Shown here in pieces: positions 35,940 to 46,374 of a DNA stretch of 64,000 nt (position 1 is its first letter; every line of letters begins with the position of its first letter). The translations under genes and the position numbers were made by a program. The notes beneath the pieces were generated by a model. That model was not told the origin of the DNA. It saw nothing but the letters and a program-made list of their open reading frames with translations, and made no database searches. Location of the stretch: assembly GCA_038206135.1 (NCBI GenBank), contig JBBRBD010000002.1, positions 2,896 to 66,895 on the forward strand, written 5' to 3'. This DNA is from Patescibacteria group bacterium. Lineage in GTDB: Bacteria > Patescibacteriota > Microgenomatia > UBA8517.

Positions 35940-36863
35940 TTACATGCAGTACAACGCAGTGCTTAAGTTTTTTAGATTTTTACGCTGAACACTAAAATAA
36001 TCTGCTCCATTTTGGAGTGCCTCATCACTTAATCCTTCGAGGGGATCGAATACCAAAGTTTGGGCTCCAGTCTCTTTCGCTATTGTTTCAGCAAGACGAG
36101 GACTTACTAACGTCTCAAAGAAAATATATTTTATATGACTATTAGTAACAAGTTTCGTAACTTCTGAAAGTTTTTGTGGAGTTGGCTCCTCATCTGGAGT
36201 AAGACCAGAAATTGAAACTTGGTTGAAATTGTATTGTGTCGCTAAATAGCCAAATGCAGCATGAGATGTAACAACATCATGATTCGAACAGGTGTTTAGC
36301 GTCTTTTCAAATTCTGTGTTCAATAAAATCAGTTTGTCACTTAAATTTTGTGCGTTTTGTTTAAAATATAGTGCATTTTCGGGTGAAAGTGCTTCATACG
36401 AATTCTCTATTTTTTGCACAATTTGTTGTGCGAGTACCGGGTCAAGCCAGACATGCGGGTCTACTTCTTTCTTATTATCTTCAAAAACTGTATTTCTTGC
36501 AATTCCATCTGACACTGTAAGTTCATTCTTACCTTCAATTTTTCCAGACCAACTTTCAAGGCCAGCCCCATTTAAAATCAAGAGATCACTTTTTTGAATT
36601 TCTTCAACGTCTTTAGTCGTAGGTTCATAGTCGTGTGGCTCTGCTCCTGCTGGTGTAATATTGATTACATTAACTCGGTCTCCACCAATTTGTGTAGCGA
36701 AAAAGTAGAGCGGATAAAATGAGGCAACTACTTGAATTTTATTATTGCTGTTAAGTGTTTTGTTCGAGTTATTACGTGTTTTTAAAAATATGGCACCAAA
36801 GCAAATGCAGGTAGTTATTGCTAAAACAATAAAAACATTTTTCATAATTGGCATTTTTTGCAA
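35940..36863 (-). CDS. znuA: Metal (zinc) ABC transporter substrate-binding protein, TroA/ZnuA-like
   Basis: 307 aa. Signal peptide. VVASFYPLYFFATQIGGDRVNV…PHDYEPT motifs of cluster A-I solute-binding proteins. Confidence 0.8.
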   Translation of the reverse strand: MQKMPIMKNVFIVLAITTCICFGAIFLKTRNNSNKTLNSNNKIQVVASFYPLYFFATQIGGDRVNVINITPAGAEPHDYEPTTKDVEEIQKSDLLILNGAGLESWSGKIEGKNELTVSDGIARNTVFEDNKKEVDPHVWLDPVLAQQIVQKIENSYEALSPENALYFKQNAQNLSDKLILLNTEFEKTLNTCSNHDVVTSHAAFGYLATQYNFNQVSISGLTPDEEPTPQKLSEVTKLVTNSHIKYIFFETLVSPRLAETIAKETGAQTLVFDPLEGLSDEALQNGADYFSVQRKNLKNLSTALYCM

Positions 36864-37246
36864 AGTCCGAAAAATTCAAGAGAATGGCGTTTAATCTGAA
36901 ATGTAGTTTGACTTATTGCACTCGCAAGTAATGTATCTTCATTCAGGGGAATGTCTTCAACTTTTCCACAGATGTCACAAATTATATGGTGATGGTGTCC
37001 CATATCTGCGCGTTCGTATCTTGTAACGTTGTCATCAAATTTAACTTTTGAAACGAGGAGTAGTCTTACCAATAGTTCTAAATTTCTATATATAGTTGCC
37101 AAATCATGAGGAATATCATTCTGTTTTAGATGTTGTGATATCTCGGAGGCCGAGAGCGGAGAGTTTGTAATGGCTGCAAAAACTGCCTTTCTGGGACCCG
37201 TCATTCGAAACCCAGCATTACGAATCGGGTTTGTTGACTCATTCAT
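36842..37246 (-). CDS. zur: Fur-family transcriptional regulator (likely Zur)
   Basis: 134 aa. Winged-helix N-terminus. HHHH plus CDICG…CKKC metal-binding motifs. Leads the znuACB operon. Confidence 0.8.
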   Translation of the reverse strand: MNESTNPIRNAGFRMTGPRKAVFAAITNSPLSASEISQHLKQNDIPHDLATIYRNLELLVRLLLVSKVKFDDNVTRYERADMGHHHHIICDICGKVEDIPLNEDTLLASAISQTTFQIKRHSLEFFGLCKKCQL

Positions 37247-37255
37247 GAGCTATTG

Positions 37256-37272
37256 TTGCAAATCATTTGCAA
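37256..37272. promoter_or_regulatory. Perfect palindrome TTGCAAAT-C-ATTTGCAA in the zur upstream/divergent promoter region. Candidate Zur/Fur operator.
   Basis: 8-1-8 inverted repeat located 10-26 nt upstream of the zur start, between divergent genes. Confidence 0.45.
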
Positions 37273-37329
37273 TAAGTCAATTGTCCTTTCTCGCAATTAT
37301 TACTAAAATCTGATAGAATACGGTCACTT

Positions 37330-37812
37330 ATGAAAAACGATGCAGTGATGATTGGGGCCGCAGTGGTATATAAAAGAGTAAAAGGGAAAGAACCACAGTG
37401 GTTTATTGTAAAGTCTACTGACGACGGAGAATGGGAACTTCCTAAAACAGTCGTCCGACGTGGAGAATCTTCAGTTCGTTCAGTTATTCGACTAACTCAA
37501 GAACAGGCAAGTATGCGAACAAAAGTGTTAGAAGAAGTAGGAAGAGCCTCTGGAGCTGGACGAGTAAACGGAAAAGCCGTAAATCAAAAATATTTGTATT
37601 ATTTACTACATTGTAAAGATACCGGAGAAATTATCGCATTTTCTGATTTCAAATGGACCGATTACAAAGCAGCATTTAAACTCTTGCCTCTGAAGCGCGA
37701 TCAAAACATGATTGAAACAGCGAAAGAAATATTAAAAACTGTTGACGTGAAGCGCGAAAAACTTCAAGACGAAATCGACGCCGAGGCTCTCGAGGCACAG
37801 GCATCTAAATAA
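37330..37812 (+). CDS. Hypothetical protein, possibly Nudix-fold
   Basis: 160 aa. GAAVVYKRV…WELPKTVVRRGESSVRSVIRLTQEQASMRTKVLEEVG loosely resembles a Nudix box (Gx5Ex7REux). Confidence 0.35.
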   Translation: MKNDAVMIGAAVVYKRVKGKEPQWFIVKSTDDGEWELPKTVVRRGESSVRSVIRLTQEQASMRTKVLEEVGRASGAGRVNGKAVNQKYLYYLLHCKDTGEIIAFSDFKWTDYKAAFKLLPLKRDQNMIETAKEILKTVDVKREKLQDEIDAEALEAQASK

Positions 37813-37824
37813 CTCTTCCAATTT

Positions 37825-37906
37825 GGAGGTGTCGCCTAGTGGCTATGGCACACGCTTGGAAAGCGTGCAGGGCAACCTGTCGTGGGTTCGAGTCCCACCA
37901 CCTCCG
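37825..37906 (+). tRNA. tRNA-Ser (anticodon GGA)
   Basis: Acceptor GGAGGTG/CACCTCC. Anticodon stem CACGC/GCGTG with loop TTGGAAA. Long variable arm. T-loop TTCGAGT. Confidence 0.75.
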
Positions 37907-37912
37907 CAACGA

Positions 37913-37986
37913 GTATCCGTAGCTCAATTGGATAGAGCATCGGCCTCCGAAGCTGAAGGTTAGCAGTTCAAATCTGCTCGGGTACA
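37913..37986 (+). tRNA. tRNA-Arg (anticodon CCG)
   Basis: Acceptor GTATCCG/CGGGTAC. Anticodon stem TCGGC/GCTGA with loop CTCCGAA. T-loop TTCAAAT. Confidence 0.75.
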
Positions 37987-37999
37987 CAATCAAAGATCT

Positions 38000-38908
38000 T
38001 CAATTGAGAGCTGACGGACTTATTAAAAGAATCAGTAAAGTAAGAATGAAGCTCAAATAAAGTGAATATTCCCCAACTATTTTTTGAACAATTCGATTGG
38101 TACGTATTTTTGGTTGGAAAAGAAAAACACAGACGGATGCTCTTACGAGAATGTCTATAAAAAAATTTACTTTAGTGTGAAAAAAGGGGAGACTTCCCAT
38201 TAATATAAATATGCAGGAAAAAAGCGTTACTCTTTCTCCAAGTACATTTGCGGATGTTGTAATTCCTTGAACTCTATCCGCTGATATATCAAAAGTTGCA
38301 AGCACAAGATGATAAACAGCGGTAATTACTAAAATAAAGATAAGGTTAATAGGTAGTTGATGTATAAGTTGCGAAATATTTCCCTGAAACGTTACATAGC
38401 CCAAAAGATACATGAGTCCTCCATACAACGACCCTCCGGCTATAAAATCAAGAATGGGAATTGCTTTGAAGCGAACTGGTGGTGCTGAATACCAAAACAG
38501 GTCGGCACTTAGTATTAAATAAACAATTAAAGCTTTTATTCCAAAGAAACTAAATCCGATTCCACATAATAAAAAACTTAAATATGAACGTCTCAATAAT
38601 TTTACACGTTCACTTTTAGAGTGAATTACACCAAAAACACCACCTTTTCGAGAATTTGCATGATCTGAATCATCGTCGTAATAATCGTTTACTGCATAAA
38701 TAAAATATGAATATGGAAGTGTTAATAAAAGAAGTGGAAAAATAAAGTGAATATCAGTGAGCGAAGTAAAATTTCCAGAAGCCAAAACTCCAAAGACAAA
38801 AAATAAAAAGTGAACGCACCAATAAAGTGGTCTGCTTGTATTAATAATTCCTTTAATTTCTTTTTTCATTAATGGGTAGTATACGCTACCTGAATAATTT
38901 GACTCCAA
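38000..38908 (-). CDS. UbiA-family polyprenyl/prenyl-phosphate transferase (membrane)
   Basis: 302 aa, multi-TM. AVNDYYDDDSDHAN matches the UbiA NDxxDxxxD motif. Confidence 0.7.
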   Translation of the reverse strand: MESNYSGSVYYPLMKKEIKGIINTSRPLYWCVHFLFFVFGVLASGNFTSLTDIHFIFPLLLLTLPYSYFIYAVNDYYDDDSDHANSRKGGVFGVIHSKSERVKLLRRSYLSFLLCGIGFSFFGIKALIVYLILSADLFWYSAPPVRFKAIPILDFIAGGSLYGGLMYLLGYVTFQGNISQLIHQLPINLIFILVITAVYHLVLATFDISADRVQGITTSANVLGERVTLFSCIFILMGSLPFFHTKVNFFIDILVRASVCVFLFQPKIRTNRIVQKIVGEYSLYLSFILTLLILLISPSALN

Positions 38909-38970
38909 ACTGCAAACATATTAAACTTCAAGTTCGTTTTTAAGTCTACCAATGTAAGGAGAGAGTTCCG

Positions 38971-39465
38971 TTGAAGATTCATATACATCTTGTATTAAAT
39001 ACATTCACATTCAATATGTTCCGTCCTAATGATCAAGGATTTCATATTGATTTCAGACTCAAAGTTGCCAAACCCTCGTCAGTCGAAAGAACTATCTTCT
39101 CTACTGAGAATATTTGGGCAGGATCAATAATTCCGTCGTTATTGAGTTTCGGATATAGTCCTGTTGTCGCAATGACACGCAGATGGTTAAACGACAATGA
39201 TGCCTGGAGTTTGATATTGCATTTTGACGATAATCAACTGAATGCCCCAGATGATTTGTCGAAAGCGACAGCCTGTACATCTCAATTGTTGTCAGAATAC
39301 ACATTTCAGGCACAGAAATTTAAGCACCCTGATGAAGATAGTTTTGGATTGTACCTAACTAAACCAAAGTTCATATTCCCAATGCAAGTTCAGCAGCTAC
39401 CTGCGAATTTGAAATTAGTTGTTATGCGCCATAGTATTTTTAAGTTAGGCGCGATACACGGGTGA
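38971..39465 (+). CDS. Hypothetical protein (164 aa)
   Basis: ORF only. Confidence 0.35.
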   Translation: MKIHIHLVLNTFTFNMFRPNDQGFHIDFRLKVAKPSSVERTIFSTENIWAGSIIPSLLSFGYSPVVAMTRRWLNDNDAWSLILHFDDNQLNAPDDLSKATACTSQLLSEYTFQAQKFKHPDEDSFGLYLTKPKFIFPMQVQQLPANLKLVVMRHSIFKLGAIHG

Positions 39466-39477
39466 TAGGAAATTCTT

Positions 39478-39795
39478 ATGTATTTTTCTATTGTCATTCG
39501 GGTAAATACACAAACGGGAATGCGTTATTTCCCTTTTGTTCTTAATGGGAAAGATCTATATTTCTCACCGGGGGTGTTTAATTTCAGGAAAATTCGAGAA
39601 TTAGTTAAGAAGTTGTCTGTCGTTGAAGAATGGGTTTTCATAAATCCAGCCGACGCTTCGTCAGCTTCTTCTCTTATGTTGAATCAAAAAAGAATAGCTG
39701 GGTTTGATTGTTCCAAAGATAATCCAGTGAGGCTAGCACTGACAGAGACGTCAGTGTTACCACTCTCAAAAACTTGGCAAATTAAGAAAGACTAG
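39478..39795 (+). CDS. Hypothetical protein (105 aa)
   Basis: ORF only. Confidence 0.35.
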   Translation: MYFSIVIRVNTQTGMRYFPFVLNGKDLYFSPGVFNFRKIRELVKKLSVVEEWVFINPADASSASSLMLNQKRIAGFDCSKDNPVRLALTETSVLPLSKTWQIKKD

Positions 39796-39836
39796 CAAAT
39801 TGCTAGTCTTTTTCTTTTTCAAGGTATAATCGGCTT

Positions 39837-41603
39837 ATGCAAGATCAAGTAAAAGAAGTAAAAGAAAAAACAGATATTGTTGCTTTAATTGGCGAGCATG
39901 TGAGCCTAAAAAAAGCTGGGAGACATTGGAAAGGTTTGTGTCCATTTCACAATGAAAAATCCCCCAGTTTTACCGTTTCACCAGAGTTGCAACTTTATAA
40001 ATGCTTTGGCTGTGGAAAATCAGGTGATGTATTTACCTTCTTAGAAGAATATGAAGGTTTAGACTTTCCAGATGCATTAAAAATTTTGGCTACAAAAGCT
40101 GGGGTAGAGCTTATTCCTCAAAAAGGAATTGAAAGTGGAAAAAAGGAAGGAATTTATGAAGCAAATGACTTAGCAGCTAAGTTTTATCACTACATTTTAT
40201 TAAATGATGTGCATGGGACTAGTTCCTTGGAATATTTTACTGAAAGAAGAGGATTAACCCGAGAAACAATTGAAGCGTTTTCTTTGGGCGGGGCTCCAGA
40301 GTCTCCCCGAATTTTATTTGATTTTTTAACTAAGAAAAAGAATATTAACGCTGATGTGTTGGTGGAGTCTGGACTTGTATATAAAACTGACAATGGCCAA
40401 TATTTCGATAGATTTCGAGGTCGTGCTATTTTCCCAATTCAAAATGCAAGAGGAGCAACTATTGCCCTTGCAGGAAGGATTTTACCAGGGCCAATGGAGA
40501 AAAAATTAGCAAAATACATTAATTCTCCAGAAACACCGATTTATCACAAAAGTGAATCATTGTTTGGACTTCCTCAAAGTAGAGTAGAAATAAAAAAGAC
40601 CGGCGTTGTTGTTGTTGTTGAAGGTGAAGTAGATATGATTTCTTCATGGCAAAATGGTGTAAAAAACGTGGTTGCAATTAAAGGGTCAGCATTAACAGAT
40701 GCACATGCACGGGTATTAAGTCGACTCTCACATACCGTGGTTTTAGCACTTGATGGTGATTTCGCGGGTGGAAATGCAGCAATGAAAGGTATTTCTGAAG
40801 CGCAAAAATTTGGAATGGAAGTTAAAGTAGCAAATCTTGGTAAATACAAAGACCCTGATGAGTTTGCCAGAGCAGATGCCACGGGATATCAAACAGCACT
40901 TTCACAAGCCGTGAACATTTGGGATTTTTTAGTAGAACTTATGTTTAGTCGTCACTCGATTGACACAGCGCAAGGTAAACTTGAACTCTCAAGAGCCCTT
41001 GTGCCATACCTCTCGCATATTCAAGACCCGATTCTCCAAGCTCACTATATACGTCTTGTTGCAGGGAGACTCTCAGTTCCAGAAGAAGCAGTGCGCCGTT
41101 CCCTTCTGAGTTTGCATGAAGAAGTTCCACAGATCGAAACAATAACTGAACAGCCAATTGCTAGAGAAGTGGAAGACCATTCACGTCAAGCAAAAGTTGA
41201 AGAGCGATTACTGCTGCTTATCGCTTCCGAAGGTGGAGAACGGCTAACTGATATATCACGCGATTTACTGGTTACGCGTAAGGCTGGGCGGATTTTTGAA
41301 GAGCTTACCAAGTTCAAAAAAGAATTTCCTACATTTGAGGTTAAAGACTTTGTTTTAAATTTGTCACCAGAGCTGTCGAGCGGATTTATTGACACATTCC
41401 TTGAAGAGGAATATTCTGCGAGTGGAAATTCAAAAGAAATTGATGCACTCATTAAGCAACTGATACAAATGTCGGTGAAACAGGAAATGATTTCTCTATC
41501 TGAAAAGATTCGATCACTTGACACTACCCACAATGAGTCCGAAATTTCGGCATTACAAGTAAAAATTGGGGAATTGACAAAACTCCTTGCACAAAATCAA
41601 TAA
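39837..41603 (+). CDS. dnaG: DNA primase DnaG
   Basis: CHC2 zinc finger CPFHNEKSPSFTV…YKCFGCGKSGDVFTF. Toprim motifs VVVVEGEVD and LALDGDFAGGNAAMKG. Confidence 0.9.
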   Translation: MQDQVKEVKEKTDIVALIGEHVSLKKAGRHWKGLCPFHNEKSPSFTVSPELQLYKCFGCGKSGDVFTFLEEYEGLDFPDALKILATKAGVELIPQKGIESGKKEGIYEANDLAAKFYHYILLNDVHGTSSLEYFTERRGLTRETIEAFSLGGAPESPRILFDFLTKKKNINADVLVESGLVYKTDNGQYFDRFRGRAIFPIQNARGATIALAGRILPGPMEKKLAKYINSPETPIYHKSESLFGLPQSRVEIKKTGVVVVVEGEVDMISSWQNGVKNVVAIKGSALTDAHARVLSRLSHTVVLALDGDFAGGNAAMKGISEAQKFGMEVKVANLGKYKDPDEFARADATGYQTALSQAVNIWDFLVELMFSRHSIDTAQGKLELSRALVPYLSHIQDPILQAHYIRLVAGRLSVPEEAVRRSLLSLHEEVPQIETITEQPIAREVEDHSRQAKVEERLLLLIASEGGERLTDISRDLLVTRKAGRIFEELTKFKKEFPTFEVKDFVLNLSPELSSGFIDTFLEEEYSASGNSKEIDALIKQLIQMSVKQEMISLSEKIRSLDTTHNESEISALQVKIGELTKLLAQNQ

Positions 41604-41649
41604 GAGTATTATACTTGGCCCTAGGCGATAACTCGCTCTTTTCTTCCAT

Positions 41650-42741
41650 ATGAAAAAACCCACCCTTCGAAAACCTGTTGAAGATCTTCACAAAAAAGGA
41701 AAATCTCAAGGTTTCATTACCCAAGATGATATATTGGAAGCATTTCCTGATGCTGAAAAACGACTTGATGAACTCGATGAATTTTACGGACTTCTTTTAG
41801 TCGACGGAATAGATGTGTTCGAAAGTGTTTCCACAGATGATGAATTTAGTGGTAAACAACAAATGACCCTCGACCAAGAAATTGAAATCCTTACTAAACT
41901 TGAAGGTGGTACAGAATCAACAGATCCAGTTCGTCAATATCTTCGAGAAATTGGAAAATATCCTTTGCTTCAGGCAGAAGAAGAAGTCGAATTTGCAAAA
42001 CAATATGAAAAGGGTAGTAAAAAAGCCAAAGATAAATTAATTGAAAGTAATCTTCGTTTAGTTGTTTCTATTGCCAAAAAATATATTGGTAGAGGACTTT
42101 CTCTTCTTGACCTTATACAAGAAGGAAACCAGGGATTAATACGTGCCGTTGAAAAATATGATTGGCGCCGGGGATATAAGTTTAGTACATATGCAACATG
42201 GTGGATTCGACAAGCAATTACTCGTGCCATTGCAGACCAAGCACGTACAATTCGTATCCCAGTCCACATGGTTGAAACAATTAATAAACTGTATCGCACT
42301 TCACAGCGTTTGATGCAAGAATTGGGCCGTGAGCCAACACCAGAAGAAATTGGAAAAGAACTTGAATTGTCAGGAGATCGCGTACGAGAAATTTTCAAGA
42401 TCTCACAAGAGACAACATCACTAGACACAAAAGTAGGAGAAGACGAGGATTCAACACTCGGCGATTTTATTGCCGATGAAAGCCAACTTTCCCCAGTTGA
42501 TCAAGCAAGCAAGCAACTTTTGAAGGACCACTTGGAAGAAGTCCTTTCAACACTTACCGAACGAGAAGCAAAAGTATTGTCGCTTCGTTTTGGATTGGAC
42601 GGCGGACAAGCAAGAACCCTTGAAGAGGTTGGAAAAGTATTCGGAGTTACTCGTGAGCGTATTCGTCAAATTGAAGCAAAAGCCTTGCGAAAATTAAGGC
42701 ATCCTTCACGACGTAAAAAACTCCAGGATTATTTGGACTAA
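41650..42741 (+). CDS. rpoD: RNA polymerase sigma-70 factor RpoD
   Basis: Region 2 [15 protein letters not shown]…[18 protein letters not shown]…[29 protein letters not shown]. Region 4 [15 protein letters not shown]…[28 protein letters not shown]. Confidence 0.9.
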   Translation: MKKPTLRKPVEDLHKKGKSQGFITQDDILEAFPDAEKRLDELDEFYGLLLVDGIDVFESVSTDDEFSGKQQMTLDQEIEILTKLEGGTESTDPVRQYLREIGKYPLLQAEEEVEFAKQYEKGSKKAKDKLIESNLRLVVSIAKKYIGRGLSLLDLIQEGNQGLIRAVEKYDWRRGYKFSTYATWWIRQAITRAIADQARTIRIPVHMVETINKLYRTSQRLMQELGREPTPEEIGKELELSGDRVREIFKISQETTSLDTKVGEDEDSTLGDFIADESQLSPVDQASKQLLKDHLEEVLSTLTEREAKVLSLRFGLDGGQARTLEEVGKVFGVTRERIRQIEAKALRKLRHPSRRKKLQDYLD

Positions 42742-42883
42742 ATTTGTTGTTGTAGAACTAATTTTTCTATGGTAAATTAAATGCAGGTGTATCTGCGTTG
42801 AATCTAAGGCCTCTTTGAAATAAGGGATGTTATAAAAGGCTTCGGTCACCTAAGAGGAGCGGATGCACCACCAGTATTATTTA

Positions 42884-42912
42884 AGCCCAGTTTTTACTGG
42901 GCTTTTTTTTAT
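42884..42912 (+). terminator. Rho-independent terminator after rpoD
   Basis: AAGCCCAG tttttac TGGGCTT followed by TTTTTTT. Confidence 0.6.
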
Positions 42913-43352
42913 GAAGTAGCCTCTAAAAACATTTTTGCAGTTTTTGTTTTTAGGAAGCTTTTCTTTATTTTTCTCGATTTCTTCAAAATTTTGTCATAAG
43001 TAAAGTTTTCAATATCGAGTACTGTTCCACTGCAACTACCCACGGTATAAGCCAAAAAGCCTGGAATATTATTGGTTACATCTTTGGCTAATTGCCAAAT
43101 AATGAAGAAGGCAATGAAGTTTTCTATAAATACAACGCCTGCGGCAGCCTTATTTTTGCGTTTAGCAATTAAAGCCGTTCTTTGAGTAATGAGAAACATT
43201 TCGATGAATCCCACCGATAGATAACTGGCAAATTGAACAATTGTGTGCATTTTTGTATTGGTTCTACAGGCTCCAAATGTGGAGGCTCTTCGTCTGGTTG
43301 GTTTAAAAGTATGGTATTCATGGTAAAAATATGAGTATTTTCGCTTGAGCAC
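42909..43352 (-). CDS. GtrA-like small membrane protein (polysaccharide synthesis/flippase-associated family). Start is probably the internal Met MHTIVQF.
   Basis: 4 predicted TM helices of about 110 aa. Lies next to galE. Confidence 0.4.
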   Translation of the reverse strand: MLKRKYSYFYHEYHTFKPTRRRASTFGACRTNTKMHTIVQFASYLSVGFIEMFLITQRTALIAKRKNKAAAGVVFIENFIAFFIIWQLAKDVTNNIPGFLAYTVGSCSGTVLDIENFTYDKILKKSRKIKKSFLKTKTAKMFLEATS

Positions 43353-43426
43353 GAAGTTGAGCTCAGAAACAAATAACTATGAGGTTATTGTAGCCCAAAA
43401 AGAGGGTTTTAGCAACCCGTGAAGAG

Positions 43427-44437
43427 TTATTTTTCGTATCCGTCAGGGTTTTTTGATTGCCAATTCCACGCATCAGCGCACATTTGGTCAAGCGTTTTAA
43501 TGGCTTTCCAACCGAGTTCCCTCTCTGCTTTTTCTGCATTCGAGTAGCATTCCGGAATATCCCCATCTCTGCGAGAAACAATTTTATAGGGAATATCCTT
43601 TCCAGACGATTTTTCAAATGCATCAATCAGTTCTAAGACACTGACTCCATGTCCTGTTCCTAGGTTAAAAATATGAATACCTCTTTGAGTCATTTTTTCT
43701 AAAGCTGCAACATGCCCTTGTGCAAGATCAACAACATGTAAGTAATCTCGTACTCCTGTGCCATCTTTTGTTGGCCAGTCGTTACCAAATACTGAAAGTT
43801 CTGAAAGTTTTCCAACAGCTACCTGTGCAATATATGGCATTAAATTGTTTGGTGTACCTTTTGGATCCTCTCCAATTTTTCCACTTTCATGAGCACCAAC
43901 GGGATTGAAATATCTAAGAAGCGTAATATTCCAGTCAGAATCAGAGACAAAAAGATCGGATAGAATTTCTTCAAGCATAAGTTTTGTTCTGCCGTATGGA
44001 TTTGTTGCGTGAAGGGGGAAGTCCTCGGTGATTGGCACAGTTTTTGGTTCACCATAAACCGTTGCTGAAGAGCTAAAAATAAGTTGCTTTATGTTTTGTT
44101 CATTCATTACTTCACACAATGTGAGTGTCGCGTCAATATTATTTCTATAATAGTGGAGTGGTTCTCTGACAGACTCTCCAACAGCTTTTAGTCCTGCAAA
44201 GTGAATGACAGCTTGAGGCTTTTCAATAGAAAATACTTTCTGGACTTCGGATTTATTTAATAAATCTGTTTTGTAAAAGGAGATCTTTTTTCTTGTAATT
44301 TCTTCGACCCGGCGAAGAGACTCTTCACTGCTATTTATTAAATTATCTATCACAACAACTTCATGGTCATTATTCAAAAGCTCAATACAGGTGTGAGATC
44401 CAATGTAACCTGCACCTCCTGTTACCAAAACTTTCAT
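43427..44437 (-). CDS. galE: UDP-glucose 4-epimerase
   Basis: MKVLVTGGAGYIGSH (Rossmann fold). YGRTK (YxxxK). Conserved GalE blocks throughout 336 aa. Confidence 0.9.
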   Translation of the reverse strand: MKVLVTGGAGYIGSHTCIELLNNDHEVVVIDNLINSSEESLRRVEEITRKKISFYKTDLLNKSEVQKVFSIEKPQAVIHFAGLKAVGESVREPLHYYRNNIDATLTLCEVMNEQNIKQLIFSSSATVYGEPKTVPITEDFPLHATNPYGRTKLMLEEILSDLFVSDSDWNITLLRYFNPVGAHESGKIGEDPKGTPNNLMPYIAQVAVGKLSELSVFGNDWPTKDGTGVRDYLHVVDLAQGHVAALEKMTQRGIHIFNLGTGHGVSVLELIDAFEKSSGKDIPYKIVSRRDGDIPECYSNAEKAERELGWKAIKTLDQMCADAWNWQSKNPDGYEK

Positions 44438-44515
44438 AAATCTATTGTATCAAATTGTGTTTTTGAGCCTAAAAGCCTATAATTACATGTTGCTCTAGTT
44501 TGAAAGGACATTTAC

Positions 44516-45280
44516 ATGGGTAGGTTAGAGTTAAATAAAGATCGGTCTGAGATGAACGTCTTTTCTCGTACAGTATTCGACTGTGTGAGCTGGTTTCTTC
44601 GTAATACCAATTCCTCGAAAGATCTTGTAGTGACCGGTGGCCTTGCATATATCCTGCGATTACAGGAAATTGGTATTGAGTCAGATCATGAGTTACAAAA
44701 CTTAGACTTTGTTGTCAGAAATATCAATAAAGTGCAGACCTCTGTACTTGAAAAAGTGTGGCTCGGGTATAAAACCCGTGATTATCTTGCCTTTTTGTGG
44801 TGTGTGTCTCAGCCTGAGTCTCGGCTTAAAATACATGTGTTCACCGATGCATTCCCATTCGTTGGAGAGTCAACTGAGATGATGTTTGATGGTAGCAAAA
44901 TACAGGTTATGACAATTGAGCGCCTATTGGCTCATATCATTTTTGATTGCACTCAAGTAAGTCATTATCCTGTTGATCCAAAGCAGTTTGTGATGGCTCG
45001 CGTATTACTAACTATTGCAGATACGGTAAAACTTGATTCATCTTGGGATCGTTGGTTTCGTGCTGAGTTACATGATTGCTCATGGCAAGTTGCCTGGCAA
45101 AACGCGCTATCTGCTGCAGATAGTAATCCTAATAATGTGGTTATCGACCCATTTGTTAAAGGAAGAGGAATTTTAAAGTCACTGTATTTGATTGCTAAAT
45201 ATGGAACGTTTACCATTCTTGGTGTGATCTATCACACCACAAGTTGGGATGACTTTGGAACAATTTTTCAGGAAAAGTAA
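44516..45280 (+). CDS. Hypothetical protein (254 aa)
   Basis: ORF only. Confidence 0.45.
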   Translation: MGRLELNKDRSEMNVFSRTVFDCVSWFLRNTNSSKDLVVTGGLAYILRLQEIGIESDHELQNLDFVVRNINKVQTSVLEKVWLGYKTRDYLAFLWCVSQPESRLKIHVFTDAFPFVGESTEMMFDGSKIQVMTIERLLAHIIFDCTQVSHYPVDPKQFVMARVLLTIADTVKLDSSWDRWFRAELHDCSWQVAWQNALSAADSNPNNVVIDPFVKGRGILKSLYLIAKYGTFTILGVIYHTTSWDDFGTIFQEK

Positions 45281-45297
45281 TAGAAAGAAATTCAAAC

Positions 45298-45326
45298 AAA
45301 GCGCGCAACATGGCGCGCTTTTTTAA
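45298..45326. terminator. Bidirectional rho-independent terminator between convergent genes
   Basis: AAAGCGCGC aacatg GCGCGCTTT followed by TTTT. Confidence 0.55.
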
Positions 45327-45775
45327 TGCATCAAAAACCACGAATGAAACAAATATACAGAAGTGATAATAGTTATAACCGTAATACATTGATTGCAAAT
45401 TTGGAATATAAACCAAATAGAATCGTTATGAAAGATAGTATGAAAGGGGAGTTTTCTTGGATCATTTCTCACTACTGTTGAGAATTGTTCATTAAACCAA
45501 TATATGGTTTCTCCAACACTTCGTACCAGCCAAAAGACAGAAACTATTATTAAAAATAATGTCCAGTCTGAAAGAACAATAGATGCTACAGAAGCTGCAA
45601 ACCAAAAAAATCCAAATATAACTGCATCTCCCCAAACATAAATACCAAGAGGCCATAAAAAAGGAGTTAATCCAAAAGCATTTTTACGGTGCTTACATTG
45701 GTTGAAGGCGACAAACGAAACAACTAGGTTAAAAAGAGCAATCAGTCCGACAAATATGATCTCAAACGTGGTCAT
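45323..45775 (-). CDS. Hypothetical membrane protein (150 aa, 4 TM helices)
   Basis: ORF plus hydrophobic helices. Confidence 0.45.
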   Translation of the reverse strand: MTTFEIIFVGLIALFNLVVSFVAFNQCKHRKNAFGLTPFLWPLGIYVWGDAVIFGFFWFAASVASIVLSDWTLFLIIVSVFWLVRSVGETIYWFNEQFSTVVRNDPRKLPFHTIFHNDSIWFIFQICNQCITVITIITSVYLFHSWFLMH

Positions 45776-45848
45776 TATTGATTCTATCAGAGTTAACCTT
45801 GAGCCGACAGTGCTTTGAGGGTATAATTCGTGTGCACGTTACTGAATA

Positions 45849-45920
45849 TTCCCCTGTAGCTCAATGGCAGAGCAATTCGCTGTTAACGAAAAGGTTGTAG
45901 GTTCGAGTCCTACCGGGGGA
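45849..45920 (+). tRNA. tRNA-Asn (anticodon GTT)
   Basis: Acceptor TCCCCTG/CGGGGGA (U1-A72, as in many tRNA-Asn). D stem GCTC/GAGC. Anticodon loop CTGTTAA. T-arm GTAGG TTCGAGT CCTAC. Confidence 0.75.
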
Positions 45921-46374
45921 GCTAAAGACCTATAGCGTTGACTTCTCGCTTATCTTGAACTAAAATCACCGAAATCGTATTAGAGACCTACGCAAAAAGA
46001 AGGCTTTAAAGTAATAGCAGAAATGCAAGGTAATGGTTTTACGATATTGAATAATCGAGTAAATGGTTATTACACAATATTGAGCCACAACCACTCATCA
46101 GCGTCATCCGGAACCGAAACTCTTTATCAAATGAGTAAAGGTACTTTTGGGGTGGAGCAATTCGAATACTTGGATGTGTTTACTAAATGGTATAGACAGT
46201 ATTGATGCTTCCTTCCTTGAGAGTAGTCCCGTAAAAGGTGGTATTCTAAAAGAGATAATGTTGAATTTCTTCTTATGAGCAAAGTACAACAGAGGGTTGG
46301 TACCTTCCTAGAACAGTAAAGTGAGGGGTTAATCCTGTTTACATATTGAATTACCCAAAGCGTAATAACATATA

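Noticed and set aside
37805-37993. 62-aa minus-strand ORF
   Set aside because: It overlaps two clearly folded tRNAs (Ser-GGA and Arg-CCG) on the opposite strand.
42760-42880. Possible riboswitch or small RNA between rpoD and the terminator
   Set aside because: No recognisable conserved riboswitch core. The region is most simply the 3' UTR leading into the rho-independent terminator.
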